A stretch of 63,200 nucleotides of DNA, filler included, from Reclinomonas americana ATCC 50394 (lineage: Eukaryota), in the NCBI GenBank assembly GCA_048213135.1. It is 12 parts of 6 records of this genome, joined end to end, with 100 filler letters (N's around TTAATTAATTAA, not from the genome) between each part and the next. Parts side by side here need not be neighbours in the genome. Positions count along the whole stretch, not along the records: positions 34,372 to 37,339 come from PS015897.1; positions 37,440 to 39,541 come from PS015897.1; positions 39,642 to 44,450 come from AFZH01016043.1; positions 44,551 to 49,049 come from PS015898.1; positions 49,150 to 54,015 come from PS015898.1; 7 more parts are not named here. The stretch is one strand, 5' to 3'. This document shows positions 36,747-49,183 of the stretch, in pieces. How positions within the stretch are numbered: position 1 is the stretch's first letter; the number at the start of each line of letters is the position of its first letter. Under the pieces are notes generated by a model. The model had not been told where the DNA came from. It saw only the letters and a program-made list of their open reading frames with translations, and ran no database searches. Made by a program: the position numbers and the translations under genes.

Positions 36747-37440
36747 AGGGATGAGGAGAGAGATGAGAGAGAGTGTGTGAGTGAGTGAGTGAGAGGGAGA
36801 GAGAGAGAGAGAGAGAGAAGAATGATGAGAAGGGGAGAGGAAAGAGAAAGACTAGAGAAGAGGATGAGGAACAGGAGGAATGCAGAACAGAGGTGCATGT
36901 CAATCACTCCTTCTCGTCCTCGTCTTCCTCCTCCTCTTTCTCTCTTTCCTCTCTCTCTCTCCCTCTTCTCTTCTAGTCTCGCTCCTCTTCTTTCCCCTCT
37001 TGTCGTCTCTCTTCTTTGCCCCCCTCCTCCTCTCTCTTCTCTCTTCCTCTCACCATCTCTCTATGAGGAGGAGAGAAGTGGAGGAGAGAAGAGAAGAGGA
37101 AAGAGGAGCAGAAGGAGCGAGACAAAGAGAAGATTAGCCTCCTCCTCCTGTTCGTGCTCCTCTTCCTCTTCTCATCCCTCTGCTCTCTCATCTTTCTCCT
37201 CTCCTCTCTCTTCTCCTCTCTCGTCCCCTCTCTCCTCTCTCCTCTTCTCTCTCATCCTTTGTTCCTACTCCTCTACTCTTTTCTCTCTCCTCTCCTCCCC
37301 TCTCCTCTTCACTCTCTTTCCTCTTCTCGCTCTTCTTTCNNNNNNNNNNNNNNNNNNNNNNNNNNNNNNNNNNNNNNNNNNNNTTAATTAATTAANNNNN
37401 NNNNNNNNNNNNNNNNNNNNNNNNNNNNNNNNNNNNNNNG

Positions 37441-37507
<67 letters not shown>

Positions 37508-37947
37508 GGAAAGGGAAAGGGAGAGAAAGACGAAAAGGGAGAGAGAGCAAGGAAGGGAGTGAGCAGGGGAGAAAGCGAAAGGAAGGGGACACGGAAAGAG
37601 AGCAAGGGTGGGTCGCGAGAGGGAGAAAAGGGAAAAGAAAGGGAAAGGGAGGGAGAGTGAAGGAGTATAGGAGAGAGAGAGAGAGAGACAGAAGGAAAGA
37701 GAGAGAGAGAGAAAGAAGGAAAGAGAGAGAGAGAATGAGAAAGGGAAAGAAGGAAAGAGGAACAGTTGGAGAAATGAGGTGAGAGTGAGAGAAAGGACGT
37801 GGAACCGGAGAGGATGAAGAACGGGAACGAAGGGAGTGAAATGTGCAAAAGAGGCTGAGACCTATGCATCCTGCGGTGTCACTGCGTGCAGAAACAGGAA
37901 AGTGAGAGGAGTGTGAGTGAGTATCTCGCTGATTGTGGTGGTGCCAG

Positions 37948-38899
37948 ATGGACGAGCAAAACTTAGTGCTACATCCGTGGCTGTTCCGAAGCGAGGCGGA
38001 GACGCTGGACGCAGACAGCGCCATGCAGACCATTATGGAGGTGCGTGCCTGCGAGGGAAGGGTGCGCCTCCCTCACTCTTCTCTTCTCTCCGACGTCTTC
38101 CCGTCTTCTGCCTACCTTTGCTCAGCCTGATCGAGTCTTTTGGGACTTGTGGTTTTTCCACTGTCTGTCTCTGCACTGCTTCATGACACCCTGATCAAGT
38201 CTTGCGACTTATCGTCTCGATCTCCCCTCTTATCATTTCTGTCTTGTCGATCCTGCTTCTCTCAGGCATTGCGCCGGAGTTCGATGTTTTATCTCTCGTC
38301 TCACGTTCCACTGTCTGTTCCATGCCTGCACTCTCCGCTCGCCCTTTTTGTTCCCTCATTGCACTCGTGTCCGTCTCCTGCTTCTCTCCTCCTTCACTTC
38401 GTTTACACTCTGATCGTTATCCCGTGTCCTTTGCGTTCTCTGCAGATGGGCATGTACGGCTGCCAGGGCGTCACCGAAACACACATGAGCGACGCCGACA
38501 TCCTGGGCTCCGGCGTCCCATTCGGCTCCATGGCTGAGCGCTTTGTCGGCATTGTTGCGTCTCTCCTCTCACCTCTCTCATCCCTACCCTTCGCGCCTCA
38601 CTATTTTCTCGCAGCACGACTTGAGTTTCTCGCCCGCCAACGCCCAGTTCCGTGTCCTCGACGACTGCGGCATGTACTCGTTCTTTGTTGCCGCGCGCAC
38701 GAGCGACGGACGTCGCCTGGCCTCGTACCACGTGTTCCCCGGCTCCCCCGAGATGGACGAGACGCTCAGCGCGCAAATTGAGGGCGCCTCAACAGTGGGC
38801 GAGCTGCTCGGCCGCCTGACCGACATGGCCAAAGGCAACGAGGTGGCCGAGCTGGCGCTGGGCAGGTTCTGCCAGGTGGTGGAGGCGGGGGCGAAATGA
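37948..38899 (+). CDS. Hypothetical protein, ~160 aa, 3 exons
   Basis: Exons 37948-38040, 38446-38553 and ~38615-38899 join in frame with GT-AG and have GC-rich coding composition. No family recognised. Confidence 0.65.
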
Positions 38900-39052
38900 A
38901 GCGACGTCGGCGAAATTCCACGCGATTTCACATAATTGACCACGCGGCGCCGTCAGTATCGACACACACAGGAAAAGCAGGACAGAGAGATTGTGATGGA
39001 GAACAAGAACAAGCAGAACAAAGAAAGAGAGACAGATATTGCTGAACGGCGC

Positions 39053-41840
39053 TCAAGGCGAGGAGGCCAGCGACGGTGAGAGATGGTGTCGCGCGTTCAT
39101 CAACCGCTCGGCGTGCTGCAACACAATGTCGAGCACCAACAGCGCCGTCGAGTAGCGCGGGTCCTCGTCGGCGGCGGGCACCAGCATTTGTTGCACGCGT
39201 TCCACCTCGCGCAGCTCGAGCCACATGGAGTCTGCGCCAGTGAGAAAAAACAAAGATCAACTTTGCGCAAACGCGGAGCACTCACCGGCGTGGAACAGAT
39301 AAAACTCGCACACTTTGTCGCCGCCCTTGACGCGTCCGCCCGTCAGCAAGATGCGCCCGTCGGCCAGCGACGTAAGCGTGTGACCGTAGCGGGCGGAGGG
39401 GCAGTGGCGGTCGTCGGGCAGCTGAACCAGGCGCGAGAACTTGGCGGCGAGGTCGATGACGAACATCTGTGGATGGGGAGAAAGGAGAAGGGTGAGGGTG
39501 AGGGGGACGGGGATGGGGGAAGACGAAGGGGGAAGATTGAANNNNNNNNNNNNNNNNNNNNNNNNNNNNNNNNNNNNNNNNNNNNTTAATTAATTAANNN
39601 NNNNNNNNNNNNNNNNNNNNNNNNNNNNNNNNNNNNNNNNNTGATCGGCGAGTCCCAGCGGCACGTCGCCACGGAAACCGAGCAACTCACAGCGAACCAC
39701 CGCCACATCGGGATCCTCTGTGGCATTCTTTGTCGGTTATCCCAATAAAAAGCACGCAAGTACTTTGCAGACGCACCAATCTCCCACAAGAATCCATCGC
39801 TCAGCGCGTGCTCGCCATCAGTGCCGCCCCACAAGAACACAAACATGCGGTCGTGCTCCACGTCGACGACGGGTACGGCGGTGGCTCCTTGCCGCGCGTT
39901 GGGGATTTCGCCGACAAAGAGGACCTTTTTGCATTGGCGGGTTTCTGGGGGGATATGAAGGGGAAGGGGGGAGAAGGGGGAGGGGGGGCAAAGGGAGGGA
40001 AGGGGATGAGGAGGGAACGGTGAGTTGAGGTTTCTGGCTGGCTGGCTGCTGATAGCCTCACTGCGTGACTGCATGCGTGTGAGGTGAATCTGTCCGTCTG
40101 TCTGACTGTCTCTCTATCTGTCTGCCTGTCTGTCTGTCTGTCTGTCTGTCTGAGTGTGTGTGAGTGAGTGAGTGAGTGAGTGAGTGAGTGAGTGAGTGAG
40201 TGAGTGAGTGAGTGAGTGAGTGAGTGAGTGAGTGAGTGAGTGAGTGAGTGAGTGAGTGAGTGAGTGAATAAGTGAGTGTGCGTGTGTGTGTGTGTGCCAT
40301 TCTGTCTGTCTGTCTGTCTGTCTGTCTGTCAGTCAGTCTTTCTGTCTGTCTCCCTCGCTCTCTCTCTCTCTCTCTGTGAGTGAGTGAGTGAGTGAGTGAG
40401 TGAGTGAATGAGTGAGTGAGTGTGTGTGTGTGTGTGTGTCTGTCAGTCTGTGTCTGTTTGTCTCTCTCTCTCTGTCTGTCTGTCTGTCTGTCTGTCTGCC
40501 TGCCTGCCTGCCTGTCTCCCCCTCTCTCTGTCTGTCAGTCAGTGCGTGTCTGTGTGTGAGTGAGTGTGTGTGTCTGGCTGGCTGGTTGGCTGCCTGTCTG
40601 TCTGTCTGTCTGTCTGTGGCACACAGTCTTGCTCGGCGTGTCTGCTAGACTGACGACACACAAACGGAGGATCGAGGCTGTCAACTGCGCGACCAATGGA
40701 GGCGGCAACAATTCGAGCACTCTGTCGGGCACGGCGAGCATCCAGACGTGGACTACGACCGAGCATGGTCTGCTGTTTCTCTCTCTCAACGTGTGCCCCT
40801 CCTTTCTCTATCTCTCACTCCCTCTCTCATACCGCACTGGAAGTGCGCATGCATGCGATGAGTGTGAGACTGTGCATGTCTGTGTATCTCTCTCTCTGTC
40901 TCTTTATCTCGTTTCCTCCAACTCTCTCACCACCAGCACACTCACCAAGGTCAAAGAAGAACGCGTCGGCCAACTCCTTCTTCTTCTTCGCGCCCACTCC
41001 TCCATACACCATCACCACCGTCGGTGTCAGCGGCACGCACACGTGGTTCCATCGCGCTTCGGGCACGTACCCGTCGGCGTTCTTCTTCACTTTTAGTCGC
41101 GTGACCTGCGTGAGGGGGAATAAGAGGTTGAGGACGTAGGTGTGAGGGAGTACGGGAGAGAGGAGGGGAGAGGAAGAGAGAGCGGGGAAGGGAGAGGGGA
41201 GAAGGATGTGGGCTGCGAGAGCCAAGCGGTAAATGGAGAAGTGAGAGAGAGAGAGAGAGGCCAAAGAGGAAAGGAGAGAGAGAGAGAGCGAGAGAACTGG
41301 AACGCGAAGAGTGCTATGGGAAGGCAGGCCTCAGAATGAATGAGGGAAGCAGGAGGCGAGGGGACGAAGGGAGACAGTGCACAGTGAGAGGTGGAATTGA
41401 GAGAAGAAACGAAAGGAAGAGCTCAGAGTGCGTTGGACGAGGATGAGGCTGAAAACACGAAAACAAGAAAGAGGAGTGAATGACGACAATGCAAACGCAA
41501 TCATGTGGCCAGAAGACTGAGAGGCGCAAACTCAACGAGACCACGCAAGAGAGAGAGAGAGAGAGATGATCATCGCGAGCGCTCTCACACTGTATGAGTT
41601 GCAAGAATCGAGCTCCTTCTCAACGTCACACTCACTCTCACACACAAACAGTCTCTCATTCTCACACAATCAATGCACTCACACACTCCTCTCACTTCCT
41701 CTCTCTCTCACTCACTCACTCACTCACTCACTCACTCACTCACTCACACACACACACACACACACACACTCTCACACACATAAACACTTATGCTCTTTCT
41801 CATTCAATGCATTCACACACACTCCTCCCACACACACACA

Positions 41841-41892
<52 letters not shown>

Positions 41893-42218
41893 TCCCTCTC
41901 ACACACACTCTTCTCTCACTCTCTCACTCATCTCTCTCTCACCTGCAACGACACATCATCGCCCAACCTCGCGCCCACTCCTCCTCCTCCTCCTCCCACA
42001 GTCGACTCCGACCTGGAAGGCGACGTTGCACGCGAGGTGCTCGTCTGATCCGAGAACGACAGCGCAACAAAGTCCAGCGCCTCTCCCCCTCCTCCTCCTC
42101 CTTCTCCATCACTACCTGCTCCTGCCAAGGCAGCTGCTGCTGCTGAGTGGGAGGGTGACTTGGGAGAGGAGGGCGAGGCAGCTACTGGATCGCCGCTGCG
42201 GGAGCCCTTCGCGCCCAT
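39053..42218 (-). CDS. Kelch-repeat protein with N-terminal myristoylation motif (MGAKGS)
   Basis: Kelch blades PEARWNHVCV...MVYGG, PNARQGATAV...FLWGG and PSARYGHTLT...ILLTGG lie in successive in-frame exons. One gap is inside the gene. Confidence 0.85.
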
Positions 42219-43215
42219 TTGCTGATTGGTATGTTGTGAGAGAAGGAAATTTCGTGCAAACCTTACACTTTTTCGTTCTTTTGTTAGATCTAGAAGTGTG
42301 GATTGCGTAATCATCAACGGCGACTACACATCGGCTCTTTGCCATGTTTAAATTAAGAATTCGAATTCGAGTTCGCGATCGAAATCTGCGGACTTGCTGC
42401 AGTTTGTAACTTCATTGATATTGTCTGCGCATGCTACAGCTGCTGAGTAGGAGGGGGAAGGTAATTTTTGGGAGAGGAAGGTGACTTGGCCGTTGGACAT
42501 AGCTGATCAGCGCCTTGTCCCACAACGGGTAAAGGGTCAAGGGTCAAGGGTACAGAAACAACGATTCCACGCGTGAGACGAGGCATACAGGGTAGAAAAA
42601 GACGCTGATCACACTCACGAATCGGTTCAAGGGTAAAGGGTTGAGGAAGACACTGATTTCACGTGATTTCAATGCAAATGGACAAATTTAGGCAAGGCGC
42701 TGATCAGCTTTATCCAATGACCGGTGACTTCGCTCCGAGATCGACAGCGCAACAAAGTCCAGCGCCTCTCCCCCTCCTCCTCCTCCTTCTCCATCACTAC
42801 CTGCTCCTGCCAAGGCAGCTGCTCCTGCTGAGTGGGAAGGTGACTTGGGAGAGGAGGGCGAGGCAGCTGCTGCTGAGTCGCTGCTGCGAGAGGCGTGGGA
42901 GCCCTTCGCGCCCATTTGGTGATTGAAAGAGTGAGAAAGAGCAATTTCGTGCAAACCTTACACTTTTCGTGTTGGGAGGTAATGTGGTGTTTGACTTGTG
43001 GGAATCATTGACGGCGATTATACATTGCTGCGGCTGTTTGCCATGTTTCGAATTCGAATTCGCGATCGAAAACTGCGCATGTGGACCAGTTTGTAACTGC
43101 ATGGCTGCCACTGCTGCTGAGCGGGAGGAGGAAGGTGACTTAGCAAAGGAGGAGGAGGCAGCTCCGAGAACGACAGCGCAACAAAGTCCAGCGCCTCTCC
43201 CCCTCCCCCTCCCCC
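42045..43215. repeat. Local duplication/partial triplication of the Kelch gene first exon and upstream region
   Basis: ~42050-42410 is repeated at ~42735-43100, with a third fragment (ccgagaacgacagcgcaacaaagtccagcgcctctcccc) at ~43165-43205. Confidence 0.9.
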
Positions 43216-43518
43216 TATCAGTTTGTATCTGCATCGGCTGCTTCGGGGTTGAAGACAGGAATAACTGGGAAAGGGATCGACACGAACTGTTTGTCATACG
43301 TTGACCACTTCCGCAGTTATTAGCTTACTCTTCTACCTCTTCACCCACACAGATCTGTGACGGTTGCCGACAGCCAAGGTCTCTCATCACAGTGAGCCCC
43401 CACATTCACGATCGTGCAATTGATACAGTTTGCCCCTTCATGTCACACCGCCATGATCGCACGGTGGCTGCAGCACGGTCGTCGTGAACAATGAAATCAC
43501 TGAGAAGCGGCCTTCTTC

Positions 43519-44149
43519 TCACGCGCCCACGCCTCCCATTCGGGCGCCAGCTGCGTGATGATCTCGACGTACTCGCGCATGGCCTGGTCCTTGGACATGC
43601 CTGCACGGAAGGATCGTGAGAGAGTGAGCGAGAGAGAGAGAGAGAGAGAGGGCGCGCGCAAAAAGGGAAATAACGCAACCCTCGACGCTCTTCCATGCGT
43701 CCCACTTGGCGCTGCGAAAGAGGGAAGTGGGAAGGGAAATCGTCAGTGATAGAAAATAGTTATCAGCGATGCGATCCCACAAAAGACCCATTGTACTCTC
43801 CCGTTCTCCCCCCTCTCTCTCTGTTGCTCGCTCACCCTCTTGCTCTCACATTCATTCACTGTCTCTCACAGTGGGCGACAAACGCATCACTAGGGAATAG
43901 CGCAGTAGAATGTGTCCATCGCGTCGCTCTCATGCCTGAAAGCACCCGGCACATATTCGCCACAACGGAGAGAGGAAGACAATGACGAGAGAGATTAGCA
44001 GAAGAAGAAAAGATGCACAGACAACGCAGTGCGAAGCGCAGGAAAAAGAGACTGCACCGCTCTCTATCGCTTCAACATACTCTTCTCCGTAAAGCGTCTG
44101 TGACATGGAAGAGGAAAAACAAGCAAACGAGTGCAAGACTTTTGCCCTG

Positions 44150-44197
<48 letters not shown>

Positions 44198-44655
44198 TCT
44201 CGATCTCTCGCTCGAACACAGTGCACGAAGTTGACGCAGCCATTCCTCACTTCTACTCCCGATGAGAAGACGACTAGCTCATCCTCTCGCCATCGAGCTC
44301 CAACAGTGCTGCAGTCTCCTGTAACAGGAAGACAAGTATCTCTCCCATTTCTCCTCATTCTGTCTCATTTCTCGCAGCCGTCGATCACAGTCTTTGTTTC
44401 TGACTCTTGTGAGAGCTCACTCTGTTCTCTTTTCTCTCCCTCTCTCTCTCNNNNNNNNNNNNNNNNNNNNNNNNNNNNNNNNNNNNNNNNNNNNTTAATT
44501 AATTAANNNNNNNNNNNNNNNNNNNNNNNNNNNNNNNNNNNNNNNNNNNNTCTACTTCTTCTTCTCTTACTTTCTCGTCGACGTCCGGTACGTCTACACA
44601 CGTTCGTTTTCGTTTCGTTCGTACTCTTGTGAGAGCTCTACTCTCTCTTCTTCTC

Positions 44656-44696
<41 letters not shown>

Positions 44697-44893
44697 TTGT
44701 CTGAAACCGAAAGAAAACCAATCACGACACACAACTGATGCAGAAACACTCACACTCACACTCTCTCTCACACACACAAAAGCAAACTTGCATCAGTGCA
44801 CAGAAGCAACAGAGTGAGCAATACGCCAAAAAACACGTCATCATCTCAATCACTTCTCTCTTCTCCTTCTCTTCTCCTTCTCTCTTCTCTCTC

Positions 44894-44925
<32 letters not shown>

Positions 44926-45227
44926 ATACACACACTCACACGCACTCACCGTCCCTCAAACGAAAACATGCCCGGTCGCTCAATGTTCACATTTCCCTCT
45001 GTGGCCTGCTTGAAGCGCGAGTACACTCGCAGCTTGTCATCGTTGCTCAGCGAGATCTGCGGGCCGTCGCGGTACTTGGCGCTCTCTGCAAACAGAGAGT
45101 GAGAGTGAGTGAGAGAGAGTGTGTGCAATGTCGCGCGGGAAAAACTTGTGTGAGAGAGAGAGAGAGAGGGGACGCAACCGCGCACAGTCCACACAGCGAG
45201 GTCAAAGAGCTCTTGCACAGCGGCCAT
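43519..45227 (-). CDS. ACBP: Acyl-CoA-binding protein (complete, 4 exons)
   Basis: The spliced product MAAVQELFDLAVWTVRESAKYRDGPQISLSNDDKLRVYSRFKQATEGNVNIERPGMFSFEGRAKWDAWKSVEGMSKDQAMREYVEIITQLAPEWEAWA carries the hallmark Y..FKQAT.G, PG, AKWDAW and A...YV motifs. Confidence 0.95.
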
Positions 45228-45778
45228 GATTGCGTGTCAGTGAGTGAGTGAGTGAGTGAGTGAGTGAAACTGCGCGGAAAATTCGTGGCAAACGCGACAA
45301 ACGCGACAAACGTGGACAGGAAGCAGGAAAGGCAGGCGATTGTGAGTGAGCGCTGGAGATGGAATGCAGAGAGAAAGCGCGCACGCGACTAGTACGCGCA
45401 CGTGAAAAGCACGGCTTTGGAATTCGGTTTGTGAATAATTCGAAGGGCTCATGATATTGCAGTGTGCTCTTTACGAACCCGTGAGGACGAGGCTTGACGT
45501 GTGTGTGGATGCCTTCCCTCCCTGTTGCTGGCTTTGACGGCACCAGAATGTCGTGCGATAGCGATCGCGCTGTTCACTGTATACGTATTCGATCGCGAAT
45601 TCGAACAGTTTGCAACTGTGCTCTGATCGCGCGCTGATCATGATCACTCACTCGTCTACGGCTTCTGAGAGGTCCGACGATTCTCACGGTTGCTACCGAC
45701 CAGGTGGCTTGCACTCCGAATTCAAAGAGAGGAAGCCTGATGGAAGTGTTGAGCTGCGGAACACGAAGTCGAGGAATA

Positions 45779-45913
45779 AGACTTGTTGGCGATCACTGGT
45801 AGATGCTCATTGTTGTGTATGGATCAGTGAAGTTTCTATTATTATTTATTTAATAGAAACTTCACTGATCCATACACAACAATGAGCATCTACCAGTGAT
45901 CGCCAACAAGTCT
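45779..45913. repeat. Perfect 63-bp inverted repeat with 9-nt AT loop
   Basis: 45779-45841 is the exact reverse complement of 45851-45913; the loop is ttatttatt. Confidence 0.95.
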
Positions 45914-48084
45914 CGTGTNNNNNNNNNNNNNNNNNNNNNNNNNNNNNNNNNNNNNNNNNNNNNNNNNNNNNNNNNNNNNNNNNNNNNNNNNNNNNNNNNN
46001 NNNNNNNNNNNNNNNNNNNNNNNNNNNNNNNNNNNNNNNNNNNNNNNNNNNNNNNNNNNNNNNNNNNNNNNNNNNNNNNNNNNNNNNNNNNNNNNNNNNN
46101 NNNNNNNNNNNNNNNNNNNNNNNNNNNNNNNNNNNNNNNNNNNNNNNNNNNNNNNNNNNNNNNNNNNNNNNNNNNNNNNNNNNNNNNNNNNNNNNNNNNN
46201 NNNNNNNNNNNNNNNNNNNNNNNNNNNNNNNNNNNNNNNNNNNNNNNNNNNNNNNNNNNNNNNNNNNNNNNNNNNNNNNNNNNNNNNNNNNNNNNNNNNN
46301 NNNNNNNNNNNNNNNNNNNNNNNNNNNNNNNNNNNNNNNNNNNNNNNNNNNNNNNNNNNNATCCTAGGAGAGATCTAGAAACAAAACGAACCGACCTGCA
46401 GGAGAGGACACAATCGTCTTCGCTGCTCTCCTCGTCTACCAGGGTCCGCCTTGTGGAATCCTCCCCCTCCTAGTCGCAGCCTTCAATACCTCAATCCCGT
46501 TCGTCATGGTCGTCGAATGCACATGCAGTTGCCGATATATCGAAATTCGAACATAATCATAGAAACTCCAAAAACCAGCTGGTCTTCCATGTTGATGGTT
46601 GACGCTGCGTGCATCGAAACTTGTTTCGTTGACACGAATCCACGCCCTACACTGCTGCCTGCTCGCTTTCTCGTCCTGTATTCGCCAATCTCCAAAAGGC
46701 AATTTCGCGATTTTCAAGTTTTTGTTTTTTCCGGGCGCCCCACACCCTCACACACACTCACACACGCGCGCGCACGCAACACGCACACACATCGCGCGCG
46801 CACACACACATTGCAACTCCCTCTCCACGTGACCAGAGTGCATTCTCTTGCTGCACATCATGAACGTCAGGTACACTCACTCTCTCACACACTCACACTC
46901 ACTGTCTGTCTCTGCCCCTCTCTCTCTCTTTCTCACACACACTCTATAAGACTGTGTGCCCGCCTCTCACTCACTCTCTCCTTCTTTGCATGCATTTTCC
47001 CGATCATGACACACCTTTCGCGCGCTCTCAACTCACACTCTCCTTGTTTTCTCCTCATTCTCCCTCACTTCCTCCTTCCTCCTCCTCCTCTTCCTCCTCC
47101 TCCTCCCTTATCTTCTTCTTCTTCTTCTTCTCATCCTCCTCCTTCTTGATCTTCTTGTTCTTCTTCTTGTTCTTCTTGTTCTTCTTGTTCTTCTTGTTCT
47201 TCTTGTTCTTGTTCTTCTTATTCTCCGCATTCTCGTCCTTCTTCTTGTTCTTCTTCTTCTTCTTGTTCTTTCTNNNNNNNNNNNNNNNNNNNNNNNNNNN
47301 NNNNNNNNNNNNNNNNNNNNNNNNNNNNNNNNNNNNNNNNNNNNNNNNNNNNNNNNNNNNNNNNNNNNNNNNNNNNNNNNNNNNNNNNNNNNNNNNNNNN
47401 NNNNNNNNNNNNNNNNNNNNNNNNNNNNNNNNNNNNNNNNNNNNNNNNNNNNNNNNNNNNNNNNNNNNNNNNNNNNNNNNNNNNNNNNNNNNNNNNNNNN
47501 NNNNNNNNNNNNNNNNNNNNNNNNNNNNNNNNNNNNNNNNNNNNNNNNNNNNNNNNNNNNNNNNNNNNNNNNNNNNNNNNNNNNNNNNNNNNNNNNNNNN
47601 NNNNNNNNNNNNNNNNNNNNNNNNNNNNNNNNNNNNNNNNNNNNNNNNNNNNNNNNNNNNNNNNNNNNNNNNNNNNNNNNNNNNNNNNNNNNNNNNNNNN
47701 NNNNNNNNNNNNNNNNNNNNNNNNNNNNNNNNNNNNNNNNNNNNNNNNNNNNNNNNNNNNNNNNNNNNNNNNNNNNNNNNNNNNNNNNNNNNNNNNNNNN
47801 NNNNNNNNNNNNNNNNNNNNNNNNNNNNNNNNNNNNNNNNNNNNNNNNNNNNNNNNNNNNNNNNNNNNNNNNNNNNNNNNNNNNNNNNNNNNNNNNNNNN
47901 NNNNNNNNNNNNNNNNNNNNNNNNNNNNNNNNNNNNNNNNNNNNNNNNNNNNNNNNNNNNNNNNNNNNNNNNNNNNNNNNNNNNNNNNNNNNNNNNNNNN
48001 NNNNNNNNNNNNNNNNNNNNNNNNNNNNNNNNNNNNNNNNNNNNNNNNNNNNNNNNNNNNNNNNNNNNNNNNNNNNNNNNNNNN

Positions 48085-49049
48085 GCGGTGGTGGTCAATC
48101 CATAACTGTAGTGTCCTCTCCTTCAGTTCCTTGCTTCTGTAGGCTTTCTCTCTTACGAGAGCAAGCCACCTGGTTGGCACTTCCGTGGTGGCCCACCCAC
48201 CCGCCCGAATGTGTGTATGTTGACGGATGGTCACTGTGGAGTCGAGTATACGTACCGCAGAACACTACAGCAGGCGTGGCGAGCCAGCACCAATATCGGC
48301 GTGTATCCTCTGCTACTGGTAGTGTGTTGGAGATTGTGATGGGCGTGTGCAGTAGACGGACTGCTGTGACGCAGCGGGTTGTGTAGGCGACTGGTTGTCG
48401 TGCTTTGCTGCTGGTAGTGTGTTGGAGATGGTGATGGGCGTGTGCAGGTGGAACGAGTACGCTGCTGTACCTGTGTGTGGCGTCCGAGGGCCAGCGTATG
48501 TGCGGTGGATGCGTTGGCGTGGTTAGCCGAGTGCCGAGTGCGGTTTATTGCGCCGTACTTGCGGGTCCGGAGTAGCCGGTTGCCAGGCGCAGCTCATTGA
48601 TCAACTCCGGCCAGGACGGCTTTACTGTGGATCGGCACTGGCGGAACGAGAATCGGCGCACGAGGGCTTGATGTAGGTGCGGTTGCGAGTGTGCTCCAGC
48701 GGTGAGCACTCAGGCGGAATTCGAAGCCAGGATCGTGACGTCGACCAGCGGGCCGCACACACGCTCGAGGGAGGGTTTTGCTGGTCACATTGCGTGACCG
48801 GCCCCTCTCGAGGCCCGATCTAAGCGAAGGCATGTAAAATAAAGTCAAACTATAAGTCGGTTGTGGTTGCGGTGCATCGCTGTTTGGAGTTGTCGGTGTT
48901 AACGTTGAGTCGAGTACAGAGTGCCACGTCAGTGACGGTGCTGTTCAGTGGTGGACTGGTGGTGGCAGTAGAGGACACTACAATTGGTTGTCGAGACTGA
49001 TAAGTGTGGAGCAAGCTCAAATACGGAACTCTCTCCAAACGTAGTCAGG
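48085..49049 (+). mobile_element. Possible highly degenerate DIRS-like (tyrosine-recombinase retroelement) remnant
   Basis: Stop/frameshift-riddled non-microsatellite island. It has weak fragments VVNP / LLREQATWLALPWWPTHP (methyltransferase-like), then RCLELSVLT...GGLVVAV / ETDKCG (YR-like). Motif resemblance only. Confidence 0.2.
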
Positions 49050-49183
49050 NNNNNNNNNNNNNNNNNNNNNNNNNNNNNNNNNNNNNNNNNNNNTTAATTA
49101 ATTAANNNNNNNNNNNNNNNNNNNNNNNNNNNNNNNNNNNNNNNNNNNNCCCTTCCCCTTCTTACCCCCTTCTCCTCTCACAG

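Noticed and set aside
40620..40790. GC-rich, exon-like patch inside a Kelch intron
   Set aside because: The flanking Kelch exons splice directly in frame (FFFDL-ETRQ) without it, and no convincing frame was found.
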